Part shown: positions 36,499 through 47,221 of the stretch, one piece after another
How positions within the stretch are numbered: position 1 is the stretch's first letter
Layout of the letters: each line of letters opens with the position of its first letter
Assembly: GCA_030390025.1 (NCBI GenBank)
Contig: CM059432.1
Span: 49,788,001-49,852,000 of the forward strand
Origin: Squalus acanthias
Lineage: Eukaryota
Direction: 5' to 3'
Length of the DNA: 64,000 nt
Translations under genes and position numbers: made by a program
Notes under the pieces: generated by a model
Told to the model about the DNA's origin: nothing
Databases searched by the model: none
Seen by the model: only the letters and a program-made list of their open reading frames with translations

Positions 36499-36679
36499 CT
36501 AACAACGGCATCTCCGCATCATATATATGCTGTGCTCATTTGTATTTTTTCACTTCACCTGACGAAGGAGCAGCGCTCCGAAAGCTTGTGATTTCAAATA
36601 AAGCTGTTGGACTATAACCTGGTGTTGTGCGACTTCTCACTTTTGTCCACCCCAGTCCAACACCGGCATCTCCGCATCA
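36499..36679 (+). mobile_element. Penelope-like terminal repeat fragment
   Basis: TAACAGATAA on both flanks (36489-36498, 36680-36689); CGGCATCTCCGCATCAT near both ends (partial tandem structure typical of PLEs); hammerhead motif. Confidence 0.82.
36555..36591 (+). ncRNA. Minimal hammerhead ribozyme motif
   Basis: TCAC-CTGACGA-A-GGAGC-AGC-GCTCC-GAAA-GC-TT-GTGA; palindromic AAGCTT allows a dimeric stem III. Confidence 0.72.
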
Positions 36680-38025
36680 TAACAGATAAGGAGAGGAGAA
36701 AGAAAAACAACTACTGGCCATTGTTAACGTGGTCTGGGACACCTACGCATTGGGCGGTCTGCTAAGTTTTGGGGAATAAAAAGTGCAGGCGAAAGGCACT
36801 AGGGGCTGCTGCAGTGAGTCGGGTGACTTGATCAATCGCAGAGAAGAAAACCTACGAGTCACCGCCGAACTGATCACTCGCTGGTGTTAGTACGTATGTA
36901 TGCTTGTACTTGCTTGTAATCACTGTTGATTTTAAGTAAAGAATAGTTACCCTGAAATCTTTGTCTCGAGTTGTCTGTTCCAATACGGGTCCGAACTCTA
37001 TGTACTGTTAAACTGGAGTAAAAATTTACACATCTTACAGTGGCAGCAAGCTGAGCTTGCGTGGCAACAAGTTGAACTTGCATGACTTCAGTCTGAGCTT
37101 CCATTGCAGCACTCAGATGTTGGGTGGCTTCTGCTTGAGCTGCAGTGGAAGCTGAGACCTCGGCCATCAGACGCGGCATGATGGTTGGGTCTACAAGTGC
37201 ATTAAAGGATCTGCCCACCCCGCCTCGCTGGAAAGGATGGGCTCCAAGCTCTGCTCACAGCCCTGTGCAAGGCTGGAGCTGGACTCCTCCATGCTCCTTG
37301 ACATTGCATTCAGGCTTTCTGGCAGGCCTGCCAATGCACCACGCATTTCATTGTGCATACCCATCAGCGTTCCTTTGTATGCAGCCCCATTGAGGTTTTA
37401 AACTGAGTCCTGTGTGGCAGAACCCGTGTGCGACTTCGCCTTCTGGGGAGCTGGCACCTGAGCTTCCAGTGCAGCACTCAGACGTTGTGTAACTTCTGCT
37501 TGTGCTGCAATGGAAGCTGCACCATCATCCATCACACCCAGCATTATGGTTGGGTCCACAAGTGTTCTAATGGAGTTTCTCATCAATTTTGTCCTGGATC
37601 ATGGGCTCCAAGCTCCGCACAAAACCCCGTGCAATGTTGGAGCCGGACTCCTCCGTGCTCCTTGACACCAACAAGAGGCTCTCTGGCCTGCCATTGCACC
37701 AAGGATTTCTGTGTGCATGCTCATCACCCTTCTTCTGAAGGCTGCCCCATCAAAGTCTTCATCTGAGTCCTGTGCAACAGAACTCGTGTGCGACCTCGTC
37801 CTCTGAGGAGCTGGCACCTGAGCTACCCTGTCCCCCTGCCCTGGCTGCAGGCCACTCGAGCCCAGTGTCTCACCATGTGCAGATCCCATGGGTGTGGTGC
37901 ATTGAGCATTGTATGAGGCTAGTGGTGCAGATGGTGGGATATGACATTTGAAGATGAATTCCCTGACCTTGACCACTCATGTGAGGTCATTAAACTTCAA
38001 TTGCACTGAGTCCTGGTCCTCGGGG

Positions 38026-39883
38026 TTTTATATTTTATTCGTTCATGGGATGTGGGCGTCGCTGGCAAGGCCAACATTTATTGCCCATCCCTAGTTGCCT
38101 TTGAGAAGGTGGTGGTGAACCGCTTTCATGAACAGCTGCAGTCCGTGTGGTGAAGGTACTCCCACAGTGCTGTTAGGGAGGGAGTTCCAGGATTTTGACC
38201 CAGCGACAATGAAGGAACGGCGATATATTTCCAAGTCAGGATGGTGTGTGACTTGGAGGGGAACTTGGAGGTGATGGTGTTCCCATGCGCCTGCTGCCCT
38301 TGTCCTTCTAGGTGGTAGAGGTTGTGGGTTTGGAGGTGCTGCCGAAAAAACCTTGGCGAGTTGCTGTAGTGCATCTTGTAGATAGTACACAGTGCAGCCA
38401 TGGTACGCCGATGGTGGAGGGAGTGAATGTTTGAGGTGGTGGATTGGGTGCCAATCAAGCAGGCTGCTTTGTCTTGGATGGTGTCGAGCTTCTTGAGTGT
38501 TGTTGGAGCTGCACTAATCCAGGCAAGTGGAGAGTATTCCATCACACTCCTGACTTGTGTCTTGTAGATGGTGGAAAGGCTTTGGGGAGTCAGGAGGTGA
38601 GACACTCGCCGCAGAATATCCAGCCTTTGACTAGCTCTTGTTGCCACAGTATTTATGTGGCTGGTCCAGTTATGTTTCTGGTCAATGGTGACCTCCAGGA
38701 TGTTGATGGTGCGGGATTCGGTGATGATAATGCTGTTGAATGTCAAGGGGCGGTGGTTAGATGCTCGCTTGTTGGAGATAGTCATTGCCTGGCACTTGTG
38801 TGACACGATTGTTACCTGAAACTTATCAGCCCAAGCCTAACTATCGTCCAGGTCTTGCTGCATACGGGCATGGACTGCTTCATTATCTGAAGAGTTGCGA
38901 ATGGCACTGAACACTGTGTAGTCATCAGCGAACATCCCCACTTCTGACCTTATGATGGAAGGAAGGTCATTGATGAAGCAACTGAAGATGGTTGGGCCTA
39001 GGGCACTGCCCTGAGGAACTCCTGCAGCGATGTCCTGGGACTGTGATGATTGACCTCCAACCACCACAACCATCTTCCTTTGTGCTAGGTATGACTCCAG
39101 CCAGTGGAAATATTTTTTCCCCCGATTTCCATTGACTTCAGTTTTACTAGGGCTCCTTGATGCCACACTCGGTCAAATGTGGCCTTGATGTCAAGGGCAG
39201 TCACTCTCACCTCACCTCTGGAATTCAGCTCTTTTGTCCATGTTTGGATCAAGGCTGCAATGAGGTCTGGAGCTGAGTGGTCCTGGTGGAACCCAAACTG
39301 AGCATCAGTGAGCAGGTTATTGGTGAATAAGTGCTGCTTGACAGCACTGTCAACGACACCTTCCATCACTTTGCTGATGATTGAGAGTAGACTGATGGGG
39401 CGGTAATCGGCCGGATTGGATTTGTCCTGCTTTTTGTGGATAGGACATACCTCGGCAATTTTCCACATTGTCGGATAGATGCCAGTGCTATAGCTCTACT
39501 GGAACAGCTTGACAAGAGTTGCATCTAGTTCTGGAGCACAAGTCTTCAGCACGACAGCCGGGATGTTGTCGGGGCCCACCGCCTTTGCTGTATCCAGTGC
39601 GCTCAGACATTTCTTGATATCACATAGAGTGAATCGAATTGGCTGATAGTGAATCGATTTGGCTGAAGACTGGCTTCTGTGGTGGTGGGGACCTCAGGAG
39701 GAGGCCGATATGGATCATCCACTCAGCATTTCTGGCAGAAGATGTTTGCAAATGCTTCAGCTTTGTCTTTTGCACTCATGTGCTGGGCTCCACCATCATT
39801 GAGGATGGGTATATTCATGGAGCCTCCTCCTCCCGTTAGTTGTTTAATGGTCCACCACCATTCACGACTGGATGTGGCAGGAC
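38026..39883 (-). mobile_element. Zenon-like CR1-group LINE, 5'-truncated
   Basis: PATSSREWW, YRPISLLSIISKVMEG, ALDIKATFDRVWHQG, GVPQGSALGPTIF, MFADDYT, IYKTQVRSVMEY; A-rich tail. Confidence 0.9.
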
Positions 39884-40961
39884 GGCTAGCATTTACCACA
39901 GTGGCTATCTGCTCACACTGCAGACTGGTCTGTTGCTTGGCGGGCCCCCATGCCGCCTGTGGAAAGAGGACCTCTCTCCTGGAGTTGACCTCCTGGACCA
40001 AGGTCTCCAGTGCTACATCCGAGAATGTTGGAACCCTTTCTCTGGCCGGCTGAGTCATTATTTGGTGTTCTTCTTTCTGACCCTTGCCTCCACAACCAGT
40101 TCCAGCAGCTGCTGCAGGCAGAATGCACCATCCCTTTAAGAAGTGCAGACTGCCTTTAAGAAGTGCTGGCAAACTTTAATTATTGCTAACCTCGCACGAA
40201 CTTGGGCCCCCTGTTGAGCTTTCAGGCACTCAGCAGCACATTCAGCACTCGGCTGAATGCTACAATCATGTAAATTAGCAGGCAGCACAAAATTTGGGTG
40301 CTGCCTGCAGTCCTCTGAACAGGCATGGCTTGATAGCATCACGATCCCCGTGTCCGTTTTTGGGCCTTATCCTATTTCTAGGCCGCCATATTTTGGATTA
40401 GATGGATGTAAAAGATTTGTGTCACTTTTTGAAGAAGCGCAGGGAGTTCTCTTTTATTCTGGCAACATTCCTCCCTTAACTGACACCACCAAAATCAGAT
40501 TCTGGATATTCCTCTCTATCCCACCCCAAATCAGGTGGATGAGTTGAGGTACTTAAATTAGTTGCTTACAGAACAACAATTATGTTAAGGTCGACCTCCT
40601 CAAAAGGACTGGATTTGTTTTGGGCCATCAATATGGGTGTGTTCTCACAAATTAAAGGCCATCTTAGCCTGTAATCAGTAGAATAGCTCAGTGTTATTGA
40701 AAGTAAATTGAGCAGTGAACTGCCATACAGTTGCAAACACCATTTGAAGATTCAAATTCCTTGAATGAATCCCTTTTAAAAATCTGTGCTATTCATGTAG
40801 GTTTCCAATAAGCACTTGGTAATTGTAACTGTACCATGCTTCCTAAATGTCCCTATTCATACAAAACTTGCCTTGGACTAGTTTTATTATTCCAGTACTG
40901 TATCTGGCTATTGCTTAATATCTTTCAGGATTAAAATGTTAGCAGAGATGTCACTCTAGAG

Positions 40962-41180
40962 CAGGGGTTCCCAAACTGTGGTACAGGCAGTGAGGGTACA
41001 CCAGAGAAATTGTCTAATGGTGAATTTTAAGTTGTATATGTGTAAGGCAATTTGTATAGTTTGTACAACGCTTGGGCATTAAAGGGGTTAAAATATTAAG
41101 CCTGTATGCTGGTAGGGGTACGCGGGCAGCTGGTAGATCTGGAAGGGCGTTACGCAATAAGTAAAGTTTGGGAACCTCTG
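40962..41180. mobile_element. hAT (Charlie-like) MITE
   Basis: TIRs CAGGGGTTCCCAAACT / AGTTTGGGAACCTCTG; left flank CTCTAGAG fits the NTCTAGAN target, right flank degenerate. Confidence 0.7.
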
Positions 41181-42232
41181 CTTTCAGGTGTCTGCTTGTA
41201 GCAGGTGATTGTTATGTATAACAGCATTGATGGATAACCGTGGCAGATTTCTTGAGGTCTGAAATATTTTTCCTAATGTATCTTTTAGGTCCTAGATACA
41301 TCATTGACTCTTCTTACAGATTTGCTCTGCTAGGCACTTCTGGGTAGCGAACAATCATCAGTCCCGAATCTTTCACTCCTTCCCCTCATTCTTTCCAACA
41401 GGATGCCCAGAACTTAATCAGTACACTTATTTTCTTCTGTCTGGAAGACTGCATTGTGCAGGAAAATTGCTGTGTAAACAGCTGTTCTTTTGCTATTTCA
41501 GGGGTATAAATGCATGCCTATTGCAGTTAATGAGTGTTAATCTGTATTAGTTCTTTCCTTGTCTTATTAGTTGTTCAATCTGTAGAGGCTTTAAAGTGGA
41601 CATTTTACCGCACCTGATTAAACCACCATGCAGCATGGTCTGAGGAGCATGCTTTACAAATTCAAAAAGCTTAAGCAAAGCTCATTTAACCCCTTGCACC
41701 AATCGTAATTTCATGGCTGTTTTCTTTTATGCTGTACAAAATGTGTGATACATCATCATTGTTCAAACAGTATTGCCTTTTCAAATGGATGTCAGCATTC
41801 AAACAGACTTGCTAGGACCTAAATGTGCTATTGCTTTGAGATAGTGTTTGTATCATTAATGTTTTATATGACTCACACTGACATAAATCACACTTTGTCA
41901 TCTTCAAGACAAATCTTGGCTTGTTTAGAAGAATCTGCGGACATGGTGGATAGGACTGATACTAATTGTATTTATTTCAGGAATTCATGGCCTCTGAGAC
42001 CTCTGTCCAAATAATGATCTCTCAGGGTGGTATTGCTCAGTAGTCATGTGAAATGCGCTGTGAGGGGAACTTACACTGGTTTGATTTCCTATTTGAGAAT
42101 TTTTATATGGGAGCTGGGGTTTAAATAACTGCAACTGTTACACAGAAACCTATTTTAGATCAGGTAACATATGAAGCCACAATTGTTAAATCGCTAAGTC
42201 ATACATATTTGAAATACTTTGTGTACATTAGA

Positions 42233-42400
42233 TAGAATTTGCAGCACAGAAACATGCCATTCTACCCAACTGGTCTATGCCAGTGTTCATGCTCTACACT
42301 CTACTTCATCCAACCCTATTAGCAAATCTTTCTATTCCTTTCTCTCTCATGCACTTATCTAGCTTCCCCTTAAAAGCATCTATGATACTCGCCTCAACTA
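42233..42400 (-). mobile_element. Old CR1 3' end
   Basis: Minus strand TAGTTGAGGC..TTTTAAGGGGAAGCTAGATAAGTGCATGAGAGAGAAAGGAATAGAA..GGCATAGACCAGTTGGGTAGAATGGC. Confidence 0.65.
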
Positions 42401-42599
42401 TGTACATAAAAATGATCCATTTTAGTGAAATGCACTTCACTGAAATCACTTACTCAGTTGAAACTGAAGCAGAAGGTTATGGATTAAACCCCAACCGTGG
42501 TCTTGTATTGCTATATAATATTAATACTATCAATATTACTGCTACTATCTTGTCTTTATTTGCTTCTTTCTATCTTTGCATTTTTTTTCACTTACATAC

Positions 42600-42950
42600 G
42601 TGTGTACCATCTACAAAATGCACTGCAGCAACTCGCTAAGGCTTCTTCGACAGCACCTCCCAAAGCCATGACCTCTACCACCTAGAAGGACAAGAGCAGC
42701 AGGCGCATGGGAACACCACCACCTCCAAGTTCCCCTCCAAGTCACACACCACCCTGACTTGGAAAAATATCGACATTCCTTCACCGTTGGTGGGTCAAAA
42801 TACTGAAACTCCCTACCTAACAGCACTGTGGGAGTACCTTCACCACACGGACTGCAGCGGTTCAAGAAGGTGGCTCACCACCACCTTCTCAAGGGAAATT
42901 AGGGATGGGCAATAAATGCTGGCCTTGCCAGCAGACGCCCACATCTTGTG
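42600..42950 (+). mobile_element. Zenon-like LINE 3' end
   Basis: Matches the 3' ends at 51540-51850 and 60350-60700. Confidence 0.85.
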
Positions 42951-43647
42951 GCTGAATTTAAAAAACACAGGTCACACAACGAACACTTCAGTAGGTGCAA
43001 AAATACTACGTTTTTTCTGCAATTTCTCTGTAGTTCACAAGTTGGTTTTGTGATCTATTCAGAACCAGTTCTGCCTTTTGCTCACCCGTTGTCCTGCAGC
43101 ATAAGAAATCAGATAAAAGAGTCACGACCACCTTCTTTAATGGACAACCAAATCCAAATATTCAGAAAGCCTTAGAGATCACTGCAACTGCAACTTGCTT
43201 ATTTCATTGCAATTTTACTGCAAAGTGATTTGTCCCAGATGTTCCTCTGAGGAAAACTGCGTTATATTTGATTGAAGCCCTGTTATTACTTCTTCTTACT
43301 TAATGCTGTTTTGGAGGCTGGTAAATTGACAGGTACAGTAAAAAGGCTCCATTGTTATACACAAATACCACAGAGAACCAGGACACCACTTTGTCAGAGA
43401 CATGTTCCTTCAGATTAGGTGTTAAAAGTGAGGATTTGTCTCCTAGTCCTGCCAGATGATAAAGACTGTGTGACGCTGCTGGCAGACTTATAGTGTACTT
43501 ACTGACAAGCAGAGGTACAGTCGGTGCCCTCTTTCTCAGGGTGCTCAGTATAAATGACATGTGGCATCTTGTCCTATCTTGTTTGAGATAAAGCCCAAGA
43601 TTCTGCTCCTATCACCATTAGATTAGATTATATATAATTCAGTTTCA

Positions 43648-44450
43648 ATTGTCTTCGGTCCCCGCCACAAACTCCGTTCCCTAGCCACCAACTCCATCCC
43701 ACTTCCTGGCAACTGTCTGAGGCTGAACCAGACTGTTCACAACCTTGGTGTCACATTTGACCCCGAGATGAGCTTCCGACCACATGTTCGCGTCTTCACG
43801 AAGACCACCTATTTCCACCTACGGAACATTGCCCGCCTCCACCCCTGCCTCAGCTCATCCGCTGCTGAAACCATCCTCCATGACTTTGTTACCTCTAGAC
43901 TTGACTATTCCAATGCACTCCTGGCCGGCCTCCCACGTTCTACCCTCCGTAAACTTGAGGTCATCCAAAACTCAGCTGCCCGTGTCCCAACTCGCACCAA
44001 GTCCCGTTCACCCATCACCCCTGTGCTCGCTGACCTATATTAGCTCCCGGTTAAGCAACGGCTCGATTTTAAAATTCTCATCCTTGTTTTCAAATCCCTC
44101 CATGCCCTCACCTCTCCCTATCTCTGTAATCTCCTCCAGCCCCACAACCCTCCTAGATATCTGTGCTCTCTAATTCTGGCCTATTGAGCATCCCTGATTT
44201 TAATTGCTCCACCATTGGTGGCCGTGCCTTCAGCTGCCAAGACCCTACGCTCTGGAATTCCCTCCCTAACCCTCTCCACCTCTCTTTTCTACTGTAAGAC
44301 GCTCCTTAAAACCTAACTCTTTGACCTGTCCTGATATCTCCTTAAGTGGCTCGGTGTCAAATTTTGTTTTATAACACTCCTGTGAAGCACCGTCGATATT
44401 TTACTACATTAAAGGCTAAAGGTGTTATATAAATACAAGTTGTTGTTGTC
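43648..44450 (+). mobile_element. L2 LINE 3' part
   Basis: NLGVTFDPEMSF..YFHLRNIARL..FVTSRLDYSNALLAGLP..IQNSAARV..ITPVLADL; tail TATATAAATACAAGTTGTTGTTG. Confidence 0.9.
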
Positions 44451-44536
44451 ATTGTTGTTATACACTCCTCTCTTACTCATGCTTCCACTTATAATGTTCT
44501 CTTATCCCACTTGTCTGCCCTCATATTTTAAGTCAT

Positions 44537-44616
44537 GGGGATAACTTTCACCTTCAGTGCTTGGTAGGTAAACTGGCAGAGCTGATCACCCACTTGTTGA
44601 AGGTAAAAATTACCCC
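44537..44616. mobile_element. 80-bp hairpin mini-MITE (Harbinger-type ends)
   Basis: GGGGATAACTTTCACCTTCA / TGAAGGTAAAAATTACCCC. Confidence 0.55.
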
Positions 44617-44772
44617 TAGTCTCATTTACTTTTGTCTTCATTTTAGGGGTGGAAGATGCCTGTGCGTGAATTCTTTAAACATGGGGTGGCCGTTGCACAC
44701 CAGCTACCACATGGGCTTGACAGAGCAAGGTCTTGATCCAATGGCAAGGGGATCCAAGACGATTGGAGACCA

Positions 44773-44923
44773 TATCAAGGGGTATGGGGAGAGAGAGCGG
44801 GAATATAGCATTGAGATAGAGGATCAGCCATGATCATATTGAATGGTGGAGCAGGCTCGAAGGGCCGAATGGCCTACTCCTGCTCCTATTTTTCTATATT
44901 TTTCTATGTTTCTATGTTTCTAG
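44773..44923 (+). mobile_element. Very short CR1 3' tail insertion
   Basis: ATCAAGGGGTATGGGGAG..GGCCTACTCCTGCTCCTAT..(TTTCTATG)n. Confidence 0.85.
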
Positions 44924-45391
44924 ACTCTGCTACGTCGGCCTAGCACACACACACAAACATACTTTTACTGTCCTCCTCACTCCTTCCCGCAGGACCTCTC
45001 TGCCTGGGTTTCATAGGCTGCAGTGTGGTCCTCCCTACCTCGCTGTTGGCCCGTGCTGCACCTTCCCTGGGCCCCGACCCCGCTGCTGGTCCACACTACG
45101 CCACTCCTGGGCCTCGACCACGCTGCTGGGCTCGTCCTCGCTCCTGGGTCCTGTCCTCGCTCCTGGGTCCTGTCCTCCCTCCTGAGTCCCGACCTCGCTG
45201 CTTCTCCTGCCCCTGCTCCTGGGCCTCGACCTCGCTCCTGGGCCTTGTCCGCGCTCCAGGGTCACGGCCTCGGACATGAATGATGTTGTCTTTCACAAGA
45301 TCAAATTAGCACTAATATTCTGGTGAAGGTTAACCGGGGGGAGGTTAGTGGAACCCATCAGTTTTTTGTATTTGTGCCTGTGAGCCACGCA

Positions 45392-45941
45392 GTCTCTGGC
45401 CCCGAGCTCCCCTTGTGATCTCTGGCCCCGAGCTCCCCTCGTGATTCCTGGCCCCGAGCTCCCCTCGCGATCTCTGGCCCCGAGCTCCCATCGTGATTCC
45501 TGGCCCCGAGCTCCCCTCACGATCCCTGGGCCCGAGCTCCCCTCACGATCCCTGGCCCCGCGCTCCCCTTGCGATCTCTGGCCCCGAGCTCCCCTCGCGA
45601 TTCCTGGCCCTGAGCTCCACTCGCGATCCCTGGCCCCGAGCTCCCCTCGTGATTCCTGGCCCCGAGCTCCCCTCGTGATTCCTGGCCCCGAGCTCCCCTC
45701 GTGAATCCTGGCCCCGAGCTCCCCTCACGATCCCTGGTCCCGAGCTCCCCTCGTGATTCCTGGCCCCGAGCTCCCCTCACGATCCCTGGCCCCGAGCTCC
45801 CCTCGTGATTCCTGGCCCCGAGCTCCCCTCACGATCCCTGGCCCCGAGCTCCCCTCGCAATCTCTGGCCCCGAGCTCCCCTCATGATCCCTGGCCCCGAG
45901 CTCCCCTCACGGTCTCTGGCCCCGAGCTCCCCTCGTGATCT
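45392..45941. repeat. 26-bp minisatellite (CCTGGCCCCGAGCTCCCCTCGTGATT)n, about 21 units
   Basis: Directly visible; variation is concentrated in the CGCGAT/CGTGAT/CACGAT segment. Confidence 0.95.
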
Positions 45942-46329
45942 CTGTAGAGTTAAAACTTAAAACTTAAGCAACTGAATAGAAGACCAGAGTCATAGCAGCT
46001 GAGCCTTGCGGTGTAGTCCAATGGAGTAGCTTAGTCTTGATGTCCAGAGAAGTCCAGGAACTTGAAAGCCAAATTTGAGCAAAGATTCAGTGCTCACTGA
46101 TGAAAACAAAGAGCAAGCATGGTCGGGGGATGGGCATTGGGACCAGGTAACTTTAAACTTGCTGCTTGAAGTTGTAGTTAGGGCTAAAATGCACCCATTA
46201 TTAGTGCCAGGGGAACTTAAACAGCGGAAGAGGGGAGATTGGGGGAGAAAGGGCAAAGGATGGCAACAGATGAGCAAGGATAGAGTTGCACAGTAAAGGA
46301 GCTGCCATCCCAGGAGCCATCTTGAAACT

Positions 46330-47221
46330 ATACAAAGGTCCTCTACCAACCTGCCCCCGCCACACAGTACTGCCCCCCGATTATCAAAATCCATGACGAG
46401 GCCTTGGACAACGTGAACCACTTTCCATACCTCGGAAGCCTACTGTCAACAAGGGCAGACGTTGGTGACGAAGTCCAACACTGCCTTCAGTGTGCCAGTG
46501 CAGCCTTTGGTCACCCTAGGAATAGAGTGTTTGAAGACCAGGACCTCAAACCCAGCACCAAGCTCATGGTCTACAGAGCAGCAGTGATACCCACCCTCTT
46601 GTATGCCTCAGACACATGGACCATGTACAGCAGGCACCTCAAAGCACTGGAGAGGTACCACCAACGCTGCCTCCACAAGATCCTGCAAATCCATTGACAG
46701 GATAGGTGCACCAACGTCAGTGTTCTCGCTCAGGCCAACATCCCCAACATTGAAGCTCTGACCACGCTCGATCAGCTCCGATGGATGGGCCACATCGTCC
46801 GCATGCCCGATACGAGGCTCCCAAAACAAGCGCTCTACTCGGAGCTCCGACACGGCAAGAGAGCCCCAGGTGGGCAGAGGAAACGCTTCAAGGACACCCT
46901 CAAAGCCTCCTTGAAAAAGTGCAACATCCCCACTGACACCTGGGAATCCCTGGCCCAAGACCGCACAAAGTGGAGGAGAAGCATCCGGGAAGGCGCCGAA
47001 CACCTTGCGTCTCTTCGCCGGGAGCAAGAGGAAGCCAAGCGCAAACAGCGGAAGGAGCGCACGTCAACCCAAGCACCCCACCCACCCGCCCCTTCAACCA
47101 CCGTCTGCCCCACCTGTGACAGAGACTGTAGGTCCCGCATTGGACTCATCAGTCATCTGAGAACTCATTTTTAGTGTGGAAGCAAGTCATCCTCCATTCC
47201 GAGGGACTGCCTAAGAAGAAG
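46330..47221 (+). mobile_element. RTE-clade LINE 3' part
   Basis: FPYLGSLLS, TKLMVYRAAVIPTLLYASDTW, LRWMGHIVRMPDTRLPKQALYSEL..GGQRKRFKDTLK, C-terminal CPTCDRDCRSRIGLISHLRTH; (AAG)n tail. Confidence 0.93.

Larger units (their letters stand above)
30289..37039 (+). mobile_element. Defective endogenous retrovirus, lokiretrovirus-like; most of the 5' LTR, gag and pro deleted
   Basis: TGTAAGA...TCTTACA termini; GTGG TSD (30285-30288, 37040-37043); pol-env-PPT-LTR order. The lineage call is inference. Confidence 0.85.
35536..37039 (+). mobile_element. 3' LTR of the ERV, carrying MITE and Penelope insertions
   Basis: Follows the purine-rich tract GAGGGTGGA; starts TGTAAGAACACAT like the 5' remnant TGTAAGAATACACAT; ATTGGGCGG then AATAAAAA (~36775), AGTAAA (36935); ends TCTTACA. 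Confidence 0.85.
29890..40060 (-). pseudogene. Harbinger Myb/SANT-like gene, fragmented by the ERV and LINE insertions
   Basis: RERVPTFSDVALETLVQEVNSRREVLFP..EQIATVVNAS (39884-40050) rejoins PRTRTQC..FNDLT..VVK|GTCAG (~37965-38025); downstream exons at 37044-37890 and 29890-30288 match 61240-62080. Confidence 0.75.
28312..40384 (+). mobile_element. Formerly autonomous PIF/Harbinger transposon (convergent transposase and Myb genes) hosting an ERV and a LINE
   Basis: TIRs GGCGTAGAAAT / ATTTCTAGGCC; transposase on +, Myb pieces on -; interrupts a single SINE. Confidence 0.82.

Noticed and set aside
39723..40172. 149-aa ORF fusing Myb-like and LINE sequence as a novel chimeric gene
   Set aside because: In-frame junction created by a LINE insertion into Myb exon 1; both parts are truncated and nothing suggests selection
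43300..43560. 86-aa minus-strand ORF in unique sequence
   Set aside because: No recognisable motif and length is compatible with chance
45293..45938. Repetitive ORFs and CRISPR-like periodicity
   Set aside because: Contiguous 26-bp tandem units with no unique spacers and no cas genes; eukaryotic context
46330..47221. RTE copy as evidence of horizontal transfer
   Set aside because: Cannot be judged without cross-species comparison; it appears to be an ordinary decayed copy
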